The notes under the pieces are model-generated. The model ran no database searches. It had not been told where the DNA came from and saw only the letters and a list, made by a program, of their open reading frames with translations. From a virus (Duplodnaviria > Heunggongvirae > Uroviricota > Caudoviricetes): DNA of 64,000 nucleotides. Made by a program: the position numbers and the translations under genes. The stretch is from IMG/VR virus record IMGVR_UViG_3300032294_002926. One strand, written 5' to 3'. This document shows, piece after piece, positions 30,056 to 39,554 of the stretch (the stretch's first letter is position 1; each line of letters begins with the position of its first letter).

Positions 30056-30703
30056 ATGAAATTAATCACAGAAGAAGCTCAAAAAGTAAAATTTATTACT
30101 GAAGGAACAGGATCTCAAAAGAAAATGTATATCGAAGGAATTTTCCTTCAAGGTGATATCTGTAATCGCAATGGAAGAGTATATCCTATTCAAACTTTAT
30201 CAAGAGAAGTGAAAAGATATAATGAAGAGTTTATTAAAAAAGGTAGAGCATTAGGAGAACTTTCTCATCCTCCTACTCCTTCAATTAATTTAGATCGAGT
30301 TTCCCATAAAATTACTTCTTTAAAACAAGAGGGAAATAATTTTAAAGGCAAAGCTCAAATTTTAGAAACTCCTATGGGGAAAATTGTAAAATCTCTAATT
30401 AATGAAGGTGTAACATTAGGAGTATCTTCTCGTGGTGTTGGATCTTTAAGAATGACTAATGAAGGTCATAAAGTTGTTGGTGAAGATTTCATGTTAGCAA
30501 CTGCTGCAGATATTGTTGCAGATCCATCAGCACCTGATGCATTTGTCGAAGGAATACTCGAAAGTGTCGATTGGTTTTATGATTCATCCAAAAATGATTG
30601 GTTGGTAGAAAATACAAAAAGAAAAATCGATCGCCTAGTTGAATCTAGAGAATATCAAGAAAAAAAACTAAAATTATTTAATGATTTTATTTCTAGTTTA
30701 TAA
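30056..30703 (+). CDS. gp21: prohead protease
   Basis: MKLITEE; RALGELSHP; GVSSRGVGSL; DIVADPSAPDAFV. Confidence 0.95.
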   Translation: MKLITEEAQKVKFITEGTGSQKKMYIEGIFLQGDICNRNGRVYPIQTLSREVKRYNEEFIKKGRALGELSHPPTPSINLDRVSHKITSLKQEGNNFKGKAQILETPMGKIVKSLINEGVTLGVSSRGVGSLRMTNEGHKVVGEDFMLATAADIVADPSAPDAFVEGILESVDWFYDSSKNDWLVENTKRKIDRLVESREYQEKKLKLFNDFISSL

Positions 30704-30719
30704 GTATAAATTCATAAAT

Positions 30720-30731
30720 TATAAATAAATA
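30720..30731 (+). promoter_or_regulatory. late promoter TATAAATA with overlapping AATAAATA
   Basis: Upstream of gp22. Confidence 0.75.
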
Positions 30732-30756
30732 TAGATTATAAAACAAAGAATCTAAA

Positions 30757-32001
30757 ATGTCCGTTGGTAGAAATTTACAAGAAATGGAAAATGTAGTAAC
30801 CAAAGGGGCAGCTCCTGCCGAACCAATGCATACAATTGCAAAAAATGCATCCAGTGTTTCCACTCCTGGTCAATCTGCTGGTTGGGAAGATTTAGGCGGA
30901 CCTACTCCAGATAATTATCGTCCGGATGATGATTCGGCAAAGTTAAATACTCCAGGCAAAACTCTCGCTCAAGTTAGAAATGTTGTAAATGCTAAGGCAT
31001 CCTCTGCTGAAGCATCTCATACTTCCGCAACTTCTGTTTCAACTCCTGGTCAAGGTGTAAGAAAAGAAGATGCCGAATACGATGAAGATGATGAACTTCT
31101 AGAAGAAGTTGATGAAGAAGATGATGAAGATGAAGATGAGGATGAAGATGAAGACAAAAAATCTAAGAAAAAAGTAGAAGAAGCGAAAAAAGAAGACGAC
31201 GAAGAAAAAGAAGATGAAGATGAAGAAGATGATGAAGATGAAAAAGGTGATAAAAAGAAAAAAATGGAAGAAGACTTTGATATTGAAGAAGATGTAAATG
31301 CACTTCTTGAAGGTGAAAATCTTTCTGAAGAATTCCAAGAAAAAGCACGTACTATTTTCGAAGCGGCAATTCGTTCTAAAGTAACTGAAATCAAAGAGTC
31401 TCTTCAGACTGCTTATGAAGAAGCACTTTTAGAAGAAGTTGAAGCACTTAAAGAATCTTTGGTCGATAGAGTTGATTCATATCTTGAATATGTTGCTGAT
31501 GAGTGGATTCAAGAAAATGCACTTGCAGTTGAACATGGATTAAAAACTGAAATAACCGAATCATTCCTTGCTGGAATGAAACAACTTTTTGAAGATCATT
31601 ATGTAACTATACCTGAAGATAGATATGATGTTGTAGAAAGCATGGTAGATAAACTTGATGAAATGGAAGAAAAACTCAACGAGCAAATTGAAAAAAATGT
31701 TGCTCTGAATAGAAGATTAGCAGAATCAGTTGCTGATGTAATTTTTGCAGATGTCTCTGAAGGTCTTGCACTTTCACAAAAAGACAAATTCGCTTCTCTT
31801 GCTGAAAATGTTGAGTTTGATGGTGAAGAAAACTATCGTGAGAAACTGGTAACTCTGAGGGAATCATACTTCCCAAATGTTAATGCTGGTGCTCAAAGGC
31901 ACTTATCTGAGAATCTTTCAGAAGAAACTAATTCATCTGAATCATTGACTCCAATGATGGAATCATATCTTCAAGTTCTCAGTAGAGTCGCTAAAAAGTG
32001 A
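30757..32001 (+). CDS. gp22: prohead core scaffold protein
   Basis: LSEEFQEKARTIFEAA; VDSYLEYVADEWIQEN; precedes gp23. Confidence 0.9.
   Translation: MSVGRNLQEMENVVTKGAAPAEPMHTIAKNASSVSTPGQSAGWEDLGGPTPDNYRPDDDSAKLNTPGKTLAQVRNVVNAKASSAEASHTSATSVSTPGQGVRKEDAEYDEDDELLEEVDEEDDEDEDEDEDEDKKSKKKVEEAKKEDDEEKEDEDEEDDEDEKGDKKKKMEEDFDIEEDVNALLEGENLSEEFQEKARTIFEAAIRSKVTEIKESLQTAYEEALLEEVEALKESLVDRVDSYLEYVADEWIQENALAVEHGLKTEITESFLAGMKQLFEDHYVTIPEDRYDVVESMVDKLDEMEEKLNEQIEKNVALNRRLAESVADVIFADVSEGLALSQKDKFASLAENVEFDGEENYREKLVTLRESYFPNVNAGAQRHLSENLSEETNSSESLTPMMESYLQVLSRVAKK
31081..31290 (+). repeat. GAA/GAT low-complexity tract encoding an Asp/Glu/Lys-rich linker in gp22
   Basis: Runs of GATGAA giving EDDEDEDEDEDEDKK. 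Confidence 0.85.
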
Positions 32002-32051
32002 TATTTAAATTATAACTATCAAACTAAAACTTTTTAAAGAGGTAAAAAAAA

Positions 32052-33437
32052 ATGCAAATGTTCAATGCAGAACAATTGCAGGAGAAGTGGGCTCCCATCC
32101 TTGATTTTCAAGGATTCGATGAAATCAAAGATTCACATCGTAGAGCCGTAACTGCCATCCTGTTAGAAAATCAAGAAAAAACTATTCGTGAAGAGCGTGA
32201 ATTTCTCTACGAATCTCCAACCAACAGTACTGCTTCTGGCACTTATGCAGGTTTCTCCGGAAGTTCTGCTGCTGCTGGTCCTGCTGCTGGTTTCGACCCC
32301 GTACTGATCTCACTGATTCGTCGTTCTATGCCGAATCTTATTGCATATGATCTTTGTGGTGTGCAACCAATGAATGGTCCTACTGGACTCATTTTCGCAA
32401 TGCGCTCCCGTTATAATAATCAGTCTGGAACTGAGACCTTCTTCAATGAAGTTGATTCCGCATTTTCAGGTCAAGATAGTGGATTCAACAATACCGCTGG
32501 TTGGACTAACGGCACTGTTGGTATGGGTACCACTTCTCAATCTGGTACAAATCCTTCAATTCTTGATGCAACCAATGCAAATCAGCAAGCATATAATGTA
32601 GGTCAGGGGATGAGAACTGATCTTGCAGAATCTCTTGGAGAATCTGATCAGTTTAATCAAATGGCGTTCTCAATTGAGAAAGTCACTGTAACTGCAAAGT
32701 CTAGAGCACTTAAGGCAGAATACAGTTTAGAACTTGCTCAGGATCTTAAGGCTATTCATGGTCTGAATGCTGAAGCAGAACTTGCTAATATTCTTAGCAC
32801 AGAAATTCTTGCTGAAATCAACAGAGAAATCATTCGTACCATTATGAAGATTTCTGAACCTGGTGCGCAAGTAAATACTGCAACTGCTGGTACATTTGAC
32901 CTTGACGTTGATTCCAATGGTCGTTGGTCTGTTGAGAAGTTCAAGGGTCTGATCTTCCAGATCGAGCGTGATGCGAATGCTATCGCTCAAAGGACTCGTA
33001 GAGGGAAGGGTAACATGATTCTCTGCTCTGCTGACGTTGCTTCGGCACTCACTATGGCAGGTGTCCTGGATTATACTCCTGCACTTAACGCTAATCTTAA
33101 CGTTGATGATACTGGTAATACCTTTGCTGGTGTTCTTCAAGGTAAGTATCGAGTCTATATTGATCCATATTCTGCCAACGTTCAAGCGAATCAATTCTAT
33201 ATTGTTGGTTATAAGGGTTCTTCTGCATATGATGCAGGATTATTCTATTGCCCTTATGTTCCACTTCAGATGGTTCGTGCCGTTGGTGAGAATACTTTCC
33301 AACCAAAAATTGGATTTAAGACTCGTTATGGTATTGTTGCAAATCCATTCGCGGAAGGAACTAGTCAAGGACTTGGTGATCTTACTACGAACTCCAATAG
33401 ATATTATAGAAGAGTTAGAATTCAGAATCTTATGTGA
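32052..33437 (+). CDS. gp23: major capsid protein
   Basis: LQEKWAPIL; FDPVLISLIRRSMPNL; KSRALKAEYSLELAQDLKAIHG; FQPKIGFKTRYG. Confidence 0.97.
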   Translation: MQMFNAEQLQEKWAPILDFQGFDEIKDSHRRAVTAILLENQEKTIREEREFLYESPTNSTASGTYAGFSGSSAAAGPAAGFDPVLISLIRRSMPNLIAYDLCGVQPMNGPTGLIFAMRSRYNNQSGTETFFNEVDSAFSGQDSGFNNTAGWTNGTVGMGTTSQSGTNPSILDATNANQQAYNVGQGMRTDLAESLGESDQFNQMAFSIEKVTVTAKSRALKAEYSLELAQDLKAIHGLNAEAELANILSTEILAEINREIIRTIMKISEPGAQVNTATAGTFDLDVDSNGRWSVEKFKGLIFQIERDANAIAQRTRRGKGNMILCSADVASALTMAGVLDYTPALNANLNVDDTGNTFAGVLQGKYRVYIDPYSANVQANQFYIVGYKGSSAYDAGLFYCPYVPLQMVRAVGENTFQPKIGFKTRYGIVANPFAEGTSQGLGDLTTNSNRYYRRVRIQNLM

Positions 33438-33461
33438 TTCAAAGAAGTCTTACTTCAAATC

Positions 33462-33488
33462 AGAGGGTCCAAAAGACCCTCTTTTTTA
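33462..33488 (+). terminator. rho-independent terminator after gp23
   Basis: AGAGGGTC-CAAAA-GACCCTCT followed by a T tract. Confidence 0.9.
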
Positions 33489-33492
33489 TTGT

Positions 33493-34995
33493 TTATTCTA
33501 AACCATAACAAAGAGTTCCACAATCAAAGATTTTATTATATCCTAATTCTCTTGCTTTTTCATATTCAGTGCAATCGTATGCGCCAATATATTTCTTTTG
33601 AAATTTCATTCGATTAAATCTTTTTAGAAAATGTTTATCCACATAATAATAAGATGGAGAATTTACATGAATTAATTTGAATCCGTTTTTCAAATAAACA
33701 TTTCCTTTCGAGTATCTTCTATCTGCATAAGAAACTATATTTCCAGAATAATTCTGTCTAAACCATTTTAATAATTTACTAAATCCTCCAATTACATTAA
33801 TTCCAATTTTACTAGAAAATCTGGAAAGTTCCCATTCATATTTGGAATTAAATCTAGATTTACAAAAAGTCATTACACACATTAATTCATTTTGATATCT
33901 TAATCCAATTTTTACTTTACTTTTATCCTCACCTTGTATATGATTTTCATTTAGGAACTTATTTTTTTCATAGGTATCTAAAATTACTTTTTGACAATTT
34001 CTTGCATAAATTTTTTGATTTAAATGAAGTTTACTTTTAATAATTGATTTGATTATTTCTTTTTTTAAATTCCATTCATCACTGTAAAACTGTAGCAAAT
34101 CAACTCCTTTTTGTTCACATTCTAATGTTTTCTTTAAATGATATTTTTTATTCTTAATTAAACATTCTTTAGTCTCATACGGTCTGTAGTAATGATAATA
34201 AAGACCATTATATTCAATTGCAAATTTTTTTTCTGGAAGATATATATCTAATTCTTTACCATTTAATAAAGATCTATTTGATTGAATAATTGGACCATCA
34301 TAAAAAGAAGATATAAAATCAAATATCTCTATTTCACTTTTACTTGTTTTTTTAATTTTTCTTTCATATGAATTTGGGTTTTTAGTTTCTATTTTATGAA
34401 TATTAATCCATCTTGAAACTGTAGATTTACTTACGTTTAATTTTTCTGCAATAGTCTCACAAGTGAGTCCACTGTCATAAAGATATTTTAGTTGTTTTTC
34501 GTCATTTAGAATAGTTACACTTAAACTATTTTTTCTTCTTCCATCAAAAAGATCATCTATTTGATGAATTTTTAAATATTTAACAATTGTAATTGTAGAA
34601 ACATCTAATTCTTCTGCAATTTTTTCTATAGATTTTTGAAGAGTAATTCTTTGTTCATATAACCAATCATAATTTTGAAGATCTTTTTGAATTTCCTTTT
34701 TTATCGTTTTATCTTTTCTAGAACAATCTGAGTTTGCATATAATCTAAATCCATTAATAGAATAGGTTTTATCGATGGCACACACTTCTCCACATCCGCA
34801 TTTACACTTAGGTATCTCATTCTCATGAATGTCATGAAGAATTACATATGCTCTGGTTCTTAATGGAATATCTGAATAATAAGAATTCAGAAAAGAAGTA
34901 TTTTGTTCAATTTGATTTCTAATTTCATAATTTAAAGAAACTCGAATAAAATCCGATTTACTCCAATTTTCAGAAATATATTCTTTTAAATTCAT
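33493..34995 (-). mobile_element. free-standing Hef-like/PD-(D/E)XK homing endonuclease with HTH repeats
   Basis: Only long minus-strand ORF; HTH segments (IAEKLNVSKSTVSRW); ELDIYLPEKKFAIEYNGLYYH nuclease motif. Confidence 0.75.
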
Positions 34996-35046
34996 ATTAG
35001 AAAGAGATTAAATTGACTAATGGTCATCTAAATAAAAATAAAACTC

Positions 35047-35592
35047 ATGGCAACTGCTTTTGGTAAACAACTTAAAAATAAGAATTTTTTATCTCCTGTT
35101 GGATTTAAATTTTCTTTAGCGAAAGAACCAAAGATTGCCTTTTATTGTAATAGTGCAAAAATTCCCGAAATTTCATTATCTTTAACTGAACAACCAACAT
35201 ATTTAAAAACGATAGATATACCTGGTGGAAAAATTACATATGGAGACTTAGTTTTGACCTTTTTGGTGGATGAGGATATGGAGAATTATATCACAATTCA
35301 TAAATGGTTGACTGGGTTAGGATTTCCTGAAAGTACAGAACAATACAAAGATTTAGTTACAAATGAAGATAATTTACAAGATGAAAAACGTGCATTCAGC
35401 GATGGAAGTTTATATATTTTAGATAATAATTTTAATACAAATATTATTGTTAAATTTAAAGACCTTTTCCCAATTTCATTAAGTGCTTTAGATTTTAACG
35501 CAACTCAAACTGATGTACAGTACTTTACATCAGAAGTAACTTTACGTTATACTATATTCAATATATTGAATAAAAATGGTCAACCTTTATGA
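35047..35592 (+). CDS. gp3: tail completion/sheath stabiliser
   Basis: NKNFLSPVGFKF; YGDLVLTFLVDEDMENY; FKDLFPISLS. Confidence 0.9.
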   Translation: MATAFGKQLKNKNFLSPVGFKFSLAKEPKIAFYCNSAKIPEISLSLTEQPTYLKTIDIPGGKITYGDLVLTFLVDEDMENYITIHKWLTGLGFPESTEQYKDLVTNEDNLQDEKRAFSDGSLYILDNNFNTNIIVKFKDLFPISLSALDFNATQTDVQYFTSEVTLRYTIFNILNKNGQPL

Positions 35593-36020
35593 ATTTAGAT
35601 GAAATTGAAAAAATGTGGGAGAAAGATTCAACAATCAATATTGATAATCTGCATGAAGAATCTTTAAAAATCCCTCAACTTCATTCTAAGTATTATAACA
35701 TATACAACATGATTACGCTACTTCGAGAAAAAGCAAGAGAATCCTATCATAAGAAGAAGTTAGAACGTCATAATTACTACACTGGAAAGGCGCCACAAGA
35801 GGTTTATGTGGAATATCCATTCCCATATAGGGTTAGAGATAAAGACGCCATACAGATGCACCTGGACGCCGATGAGGGACTAAATAAGATCAGCATGAAG
35901 ATTCGATATTATGACGCAATTCTAAAATTTGTAGAAGAGATTATTCGAACTATAAATAATCGATCTTTTCAGATTAAAAATAGTATAGATTTCATGAAAT
36001 TCACGTCTGGTTCCATTTAA
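35589..36020 (+). CDS. uvsY: recombination mediator
   Basis: LHEESLKIPQLHSKYY; NNRSFQIKNSIDF; synteny. Confidence 0.85.
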   Translation: MNLDEIEKMWEKDSTINIDNLHEESLKIPQLHSKYYNIYNMITLLREKARESYHKKKLERHNYYTGKAPQEVYVEYPFPYRVRDKDAIQMHLDADEGLNKISMKIRYYDAILKFVEEIIRTINNRSFQIKNSIDFMKFTSGSI

Positions 36021-36030
36021 ATTTTTGATA

Positions 36031-36086
36031 GACACTTTTATAACTGTCTAAACCTCCTCCATTCATTCTTTTTTATAAGTTAAATT
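36031..36086 (+). promoter_or_regulatory. palindromic box GACACTT-TTAT-AACTGTC plus -10-like TAAATT
   Basis: Copy 1 of 5; 32 nt between box and -10. Confidence 0.55.
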
Positions 36087-36115
36087 AATCTCAATTCCAT
36101 CAATCAAAGAGTTAG

Positions 36116-36484
36116 ATGAAAACGTATAAGAACTTCTCCAATCACTTATATACAGAAGGTTTTATGAAATGGTGGAATAAAGGAAGAGATACTCGTATTC
36201 CAAATGAAAATAAAGCATCCTGGAAAGACTTGATGAAAGATGATTGGAAGCAAAGGCAAGGATTAAAGGGACCAGGTGGAAAGGGTGGATGGGATCCAAC
36301 CAGAGGATTTCGTGTAATAGATGCAAATAAAGGTGGTTTAAAATCAGGACCCACTCCTGCAGTGCGTCAATCTGTAGAAAGACCATTAAGGTCTGCATCT
36401 AAAACAATAAAAAGAATTGGAAAAATCGCAAGTATAGCAGGATCTGTTGGATCAACGATTCTGGGAATGGATAGATTTAAGTGA
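36116..36484 (+). CDS. basic Gly-rich hypothetical protein
   Basis: 122-aa ORF between uvsY and uvsW, N-terminus MKTYKNF. Confidence 0.65.
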   Translation: MKTYKNFSNHLYTEGFMKWWNKGRDTRIPNENKASWKDLMKDDWKQRQGLKGPGGKGGWDPTRGFRVIDANKGGLKSGPTPAVRQSVERPLRSASKTIKRIGKIASIAGSVGSTILGMDRFK

Positions 36485-36492
36485 AATAAATA
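36485..36492 (+). promoter_or_regulatory. late promoter variant AATAAATA
   Basis: Upstream of uvsW. Confidence 0.55.
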
Positions 36493-36513
36493 TTCATAAC
36501 TGATATGTTATGA

Positions 36514-37977
36514 ATGTCACATTTGACGATCTCAAAAAAGAATGAAGTCTTTCTTCACATTGAAGCAGAACCATTTGTTTATTATGAATTGAGAGATACG
36601 TTTCAATTTGATGTTCCAAATGCAAAATTTTCACCTGCTTATAAGAATAAATGGTGGGATGGAAAAATATATCTGTTTAATGTAACGACAAAAGAAATTT
36701 ATATCGGACTTCTTGATAGAATTATTCAATTTTGTAAAGATCATAATTATACTTACGAGTTCAAAGATAATAAGTATTATGGACTTCCATTTGAAGTCAA
36801 TAAAATGGTATCAAAAGAAGGTGTAAAAGATTACATTACATCTATTTCAAAATATGCTCCAAGAGATTATCAGATCGATGGAGTTTATGAAGCACTTCGT
36901 TACAACAGAAAAGTTATAATTTCTCCAACATCATCTGGTAAATCTTTAATGATTTACTCTTTAATGAGATATTATTTTGCAAAACAAAAAAACATTTTAA
37001 TCATTGTACCTACAACATCTTTAGTTCTACAATTATATAAAGACTTTCAGGATTATGGATGGGATGCCGAAAATCATTGTCATTTAATTTATTCTGGAAA
37101 AGAAAAAGAAACAAACAAAGAAGTATACATTTCAACTTGGCAAGCTTTATATAAGATGCCCAAAAAATATTTTGAGAAATTTGAGTGCGTAATTTGTGAT
37201 GAATGTCATATATCAAAAGCTAAAAGCCTTGTTTCAATACTTTCTAAGTTATGTGACGCAAAATATCGTTTTGGATTTACAGGAACTTTAGATGGAATTG
37301 AAGTGAATAAGTTGGTCTTAGAGGGATTGTTTGGACCATCTTATAAGATTATTCGTACAGATGAACTAATGCAGAAAGGTCACATAGCATTATTAAATAT
37401 TCAGATTCTTTTATTAAAACATTCACCAAATAATTTTGAAACATATGAAGATGAAATTCAATATTTAATTAATCATGAAAAAAGAAATAAGTTCATTAAA
37501 AATTTAGCTTTAGATTTAAAAGGAAACACATTAGTCTTATTTTTAAGAGTTGAAAGTCATGGTCAACTGTTATTTGATCTCATAAATAATAGCAAACATG
37601 ATGATCGTAAAGTTTTCTTTGTTCATGGTGGTATTGATACTCAAAACCGTGAAGAAATTAGAGAAATTACTGAAACCGAAAGCAATGCTATTATTGTTGC
37701 TTCGTATGGAACTTTTTCTACAGGAATTAATATTAAAAATTTACATAATGTAATTTTTGCATCTCCTTCAAAATCTAGAATTCGAAATCTTCAATCTATT
37801 GGTAGAGTACTTAGGAAAAGTGATAGTAAAAATAGAGCAACATTATATGATATTTCTGATGACATAAGTACTAAATTTAGAAAAAACTATACTTTAAATC
37901 ATTTAGTTGAGAGAATTAAAATTTATTCAGAAGAAAATTTTAATTATGACATCGTAACTATACCTTTTCAAAATTAA
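36514..37977 (+). CDS. uvsW: SF2 DNA helicase
   Basis: SPTSSGKS Walker A; ICDECH; RFGFTGTL; LQSIGRVLR. Confidence 0.95.
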   Translation: MSHLTISKKNEVFLHIEAEPFVYYELRDTFQFDVPNAKFSPAYKNKWWDGKIYLFNVTTKEIYIGLLDRIIQFCKDHNYTYEFKDNKYYGLPFEVNKMVSKEGVKDYITSISKYAPRDYQIDGVYEALRYNRKVIISPTSSGKSLMIYSLMRYYFAKQKNILIIVPTTSLVLQLYKDFQDYGWDAENHCHLIYSGKEKETNKEVYISTWQALYKMPKKYFEKFECVICDECHISKAKSLVSILSKLCDAKYRFGFTGTLDGIEVNKLVLEGLFGPSYKIIRTDELMQKGHIALLNIQILLLKHSPNNFETYEDEIQYLINHEKRNKFIKNLALDLKGNTLVLFLRVESHGQLLFDLINNSKHDDRKVFFVHGGIDTQNREEIREITETESNAIIVASYGTFSTGINIKNLHNVIFASPSKSRIRNLQSIGRVLRKSDSKNRATLYDISDDISTKFRKNYTLNHLVERIKIYSEENFNYDIVTIPFQN

Positions 37978-38393
37978 TGGAAGAAGAATTTTATTGCATA
38001 TTAAAACTTATATCAGGTGAAGAAATTTTATCTATTATTATGATAGATGATAATGATGGTGATCCTGTAATTGTATTACAAAATCCAGTTGTGATTAAAA
38101 TGACACAAACTAATCAAGATGTTTATTTGAAAATAAAACCTTGGATTGAATTATCTGATGAACACTTTTTTATTATAAAAAAAGATTCAGTTATAACAAT
38201 GACTGAAGTTTATAATAAAAAACTTATTGAACTTTATGATGATTATATTATAAATGTTACTAATTCAGTTCTTAGTACTTTAGAAGATTCATCTTCCCAT
38301 CAAGAGAAAGTGAAACCTTCTTTGAATATGGGTTATATCACTTCCGTAAAAGAAGCTCGTGAAAATCTCGAAAAGATCTTTAAAGAGCTTTGA
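37977..38393 (+). CDS. conserved hypothetical (Sm-like) protein
   Basis: FYCILKLISGEEI..LQNPV..IKPWI; usual position between uvsW and gp55. Confidence 0.7.
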   Translation: MEEEFYCILKLISGEEILSIIMIDDNDGDPVIVLQNPVVIKMTQTNQDVYLKIKPWIELSDEHFFIIKKDSVITMTEVYNKKLIELYDDYIINVTNSVLSTLEDSSSHQEKVKPSLNMGYITSVKEARENLEKIFKEL

Positions 38394-38429
38394 AGCTTTA
38401 GCTATACTGCCTTCAACGGCGACAAACCT

Positions 38430-38458
38430 ATCATAATGATATTTTAAAGTACTGTCAA
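38430..38458 (-). promoter_or_regulatory. sigma70-type promoter, antisense orientation
   Basis: Minus strand TTGACA-17 nt-TATGAT. Confidence 0.7.
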
Positions 38459-38471
38459 GCCCCTTGAAATG

Positions 38472-38480
38472 TGTTATAAT
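38472..38480 (+). promoter_or_regulatory. extended -10 promoter TGTTATAAT for gp55
   Basis: TGn-TATAAT 25 nt upstream of ATG 38506. Confidence 0.6.
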
Positions 38481-38505
38481 TCTTGAAAGTAAAAATGAAT
38501 ACCTC

Positions 38506-39024
38506 ATGAAGAAAAAACCAGAACACTACGTAAACAATAAAGAGTTGCTTCAAGCTTTGATAGTATATAAAGACAAACTTTTTATAGCAGAGAGGAAATA
38601 TATCGAAAAAAATGGAGTCCGCCCTCCAAAAACTGGTAACTGGGATGGAAAACCTAGAATTCCAGATTATCTTGGTGAATGTTTTTTAAAAATTGCAACA
38701 CATCTTTCCTATAAACCGAACTTCGTGAATTACATGTTTCGTGAAGACATGATTTCAGACGGTATTGAGAATTCGGTTCAATATATTCATAACTTTGATC
38801 CAGAAAAATCTAGTAATCCTTTTGCATATTTTACTCAAATTATTCACTATGCTTTTTTAAGAAGAATTCAAAAAGAGAAAAAACAATTAGATATTAAAAA
38901 CAAGTTAATTGAAAGAAATGGATATGATGAAGTTATGATGATTGATGAAAAATTACTTTCTGGTACTACTTCAGATTTCAATACAATTAAAGATAATATT
39001 TCTTATCGAAATAGTAATAGATGA
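38506..39024 (+). CDS. gp55: late sigma factor
   Basis: HYVNNKELL; YLGECFLKIATHLSYKPNF; FDPEKSSNPFAYFTQIIHYAFLRRIQKEK; ATG 38506 preferred over the tracked TTG. Confidence 0.93.
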   Translation: MKKKPEHYVNNKELLQALIVYKDKLFIAERKYIEKNGVRPPKTGNWDGKPRIPDYLGECFLKIATHLSYKPNFVNYMFREDMISDGIENSVQYIHNFDPEKSSNPFAYFTQIIHYAFLRRIQKEKKQLDIKNKLIERNGYDEVMMIDEKLLSGTTSDFNTIKDNISYRNSNR

Positions 39025-39036
39025 ATTTGTTGAATA

Positions 39037-39091
39037 GACACTTTCAACAGTGGCATATTGTTTTGTTTTTGAGAGGGATTTTTATTAAACT
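39037..39091 (+). promoter_or_regulatory. palindromic box GACACTT-TCAA-CAGTGGC plus -10-like TAAACT
   Basis: Copy 2 of 5 (most degenerate); 31-nt spacing. Confidence 0.5.
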
Positions 39092-39133
39092 GGAATTAAG
39101 TTAATCTTTAAATTTAAATTCTGAAATTAAATC

Positions 39134-39469
39134 ATGACTCCCCAACAGAAAATTGATCTTGCCTGGAATCTCAACACTCCATCAAAGACTCTAGAAACTC
39201 TAGCGACTGATAAGAATTCTTATGTTCGTATGATAGTTTCTCAAAATCCCAACACACCATCAAAAATTCTAGAATCTCTAGCGATTGATGGGCATTATTA
39301 TGTTCGTTGGGCAGTTGCTGAAAATCCCAACACATCATTAAAGATTCTAGAATCTCTAGCGACTGATGAGAATTCTTATGTTCGTGAAGCAGTTGGTGAA
39401 AATTCAAACTCAACAGAACTTGCACGAAGATTGGTACTTATGACAAACAATAAATCAAATAATAAATAA
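39134..39469 (+). CDS. LRV/HEAT-like repeat protein
   Basis: Three 26-aa units NTPSKxLExLAxD..xYVR..VA.NP. Confidence 0.8.
   Translation: MTPQQKIDLAWNLNTPSKTLETLATDKNSYVRMIVSQNPNTPSKILESLAIDGHYYVRWAVAENPNTSLKILESLATDENSYVREAVGENSNSTELARRLVLMTNNKSNNK
39173..39406 (+). repeat. 3 x 78-nt imperfect tandem repeat
   Basis: Recurrent TCTAGAATCTCTAGCGA and TTATGTTCGT at 78-nt period. Confidence 0.85.
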
Positions 39470-39501
39470 CGATATAATACTTTAAAATTTTAAATAAAAC
39501 A

Positions 39502-39531
39502 TTGACTTTTAAGAATTTTTGGTGTTATAAT
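39502..39531 (+). promoter_or_regulatory. sigma70-type promoter
   Basis: TTGACT-18 nt-TATAAT with TG extension, upstream of gp47. Confidence 0.75.
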
Positions 39532-39554
39532 TAAAAGAACAGTGTAAAAATAAT

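Noticed and set aside
31050-31394. Minus-strand Ser- or Phe-rich ORFs in the track
   Set aside because: Shadows of the GAA/GAT-rich gp22 linker; the other short ORFs overlapping core genes were dismissed the same way.
39173-39406. Tandem repeat as a CRISPR array
   Set aside because: 78-nt in-frame coding repeats with no unique spacers and no cas genes nearby.
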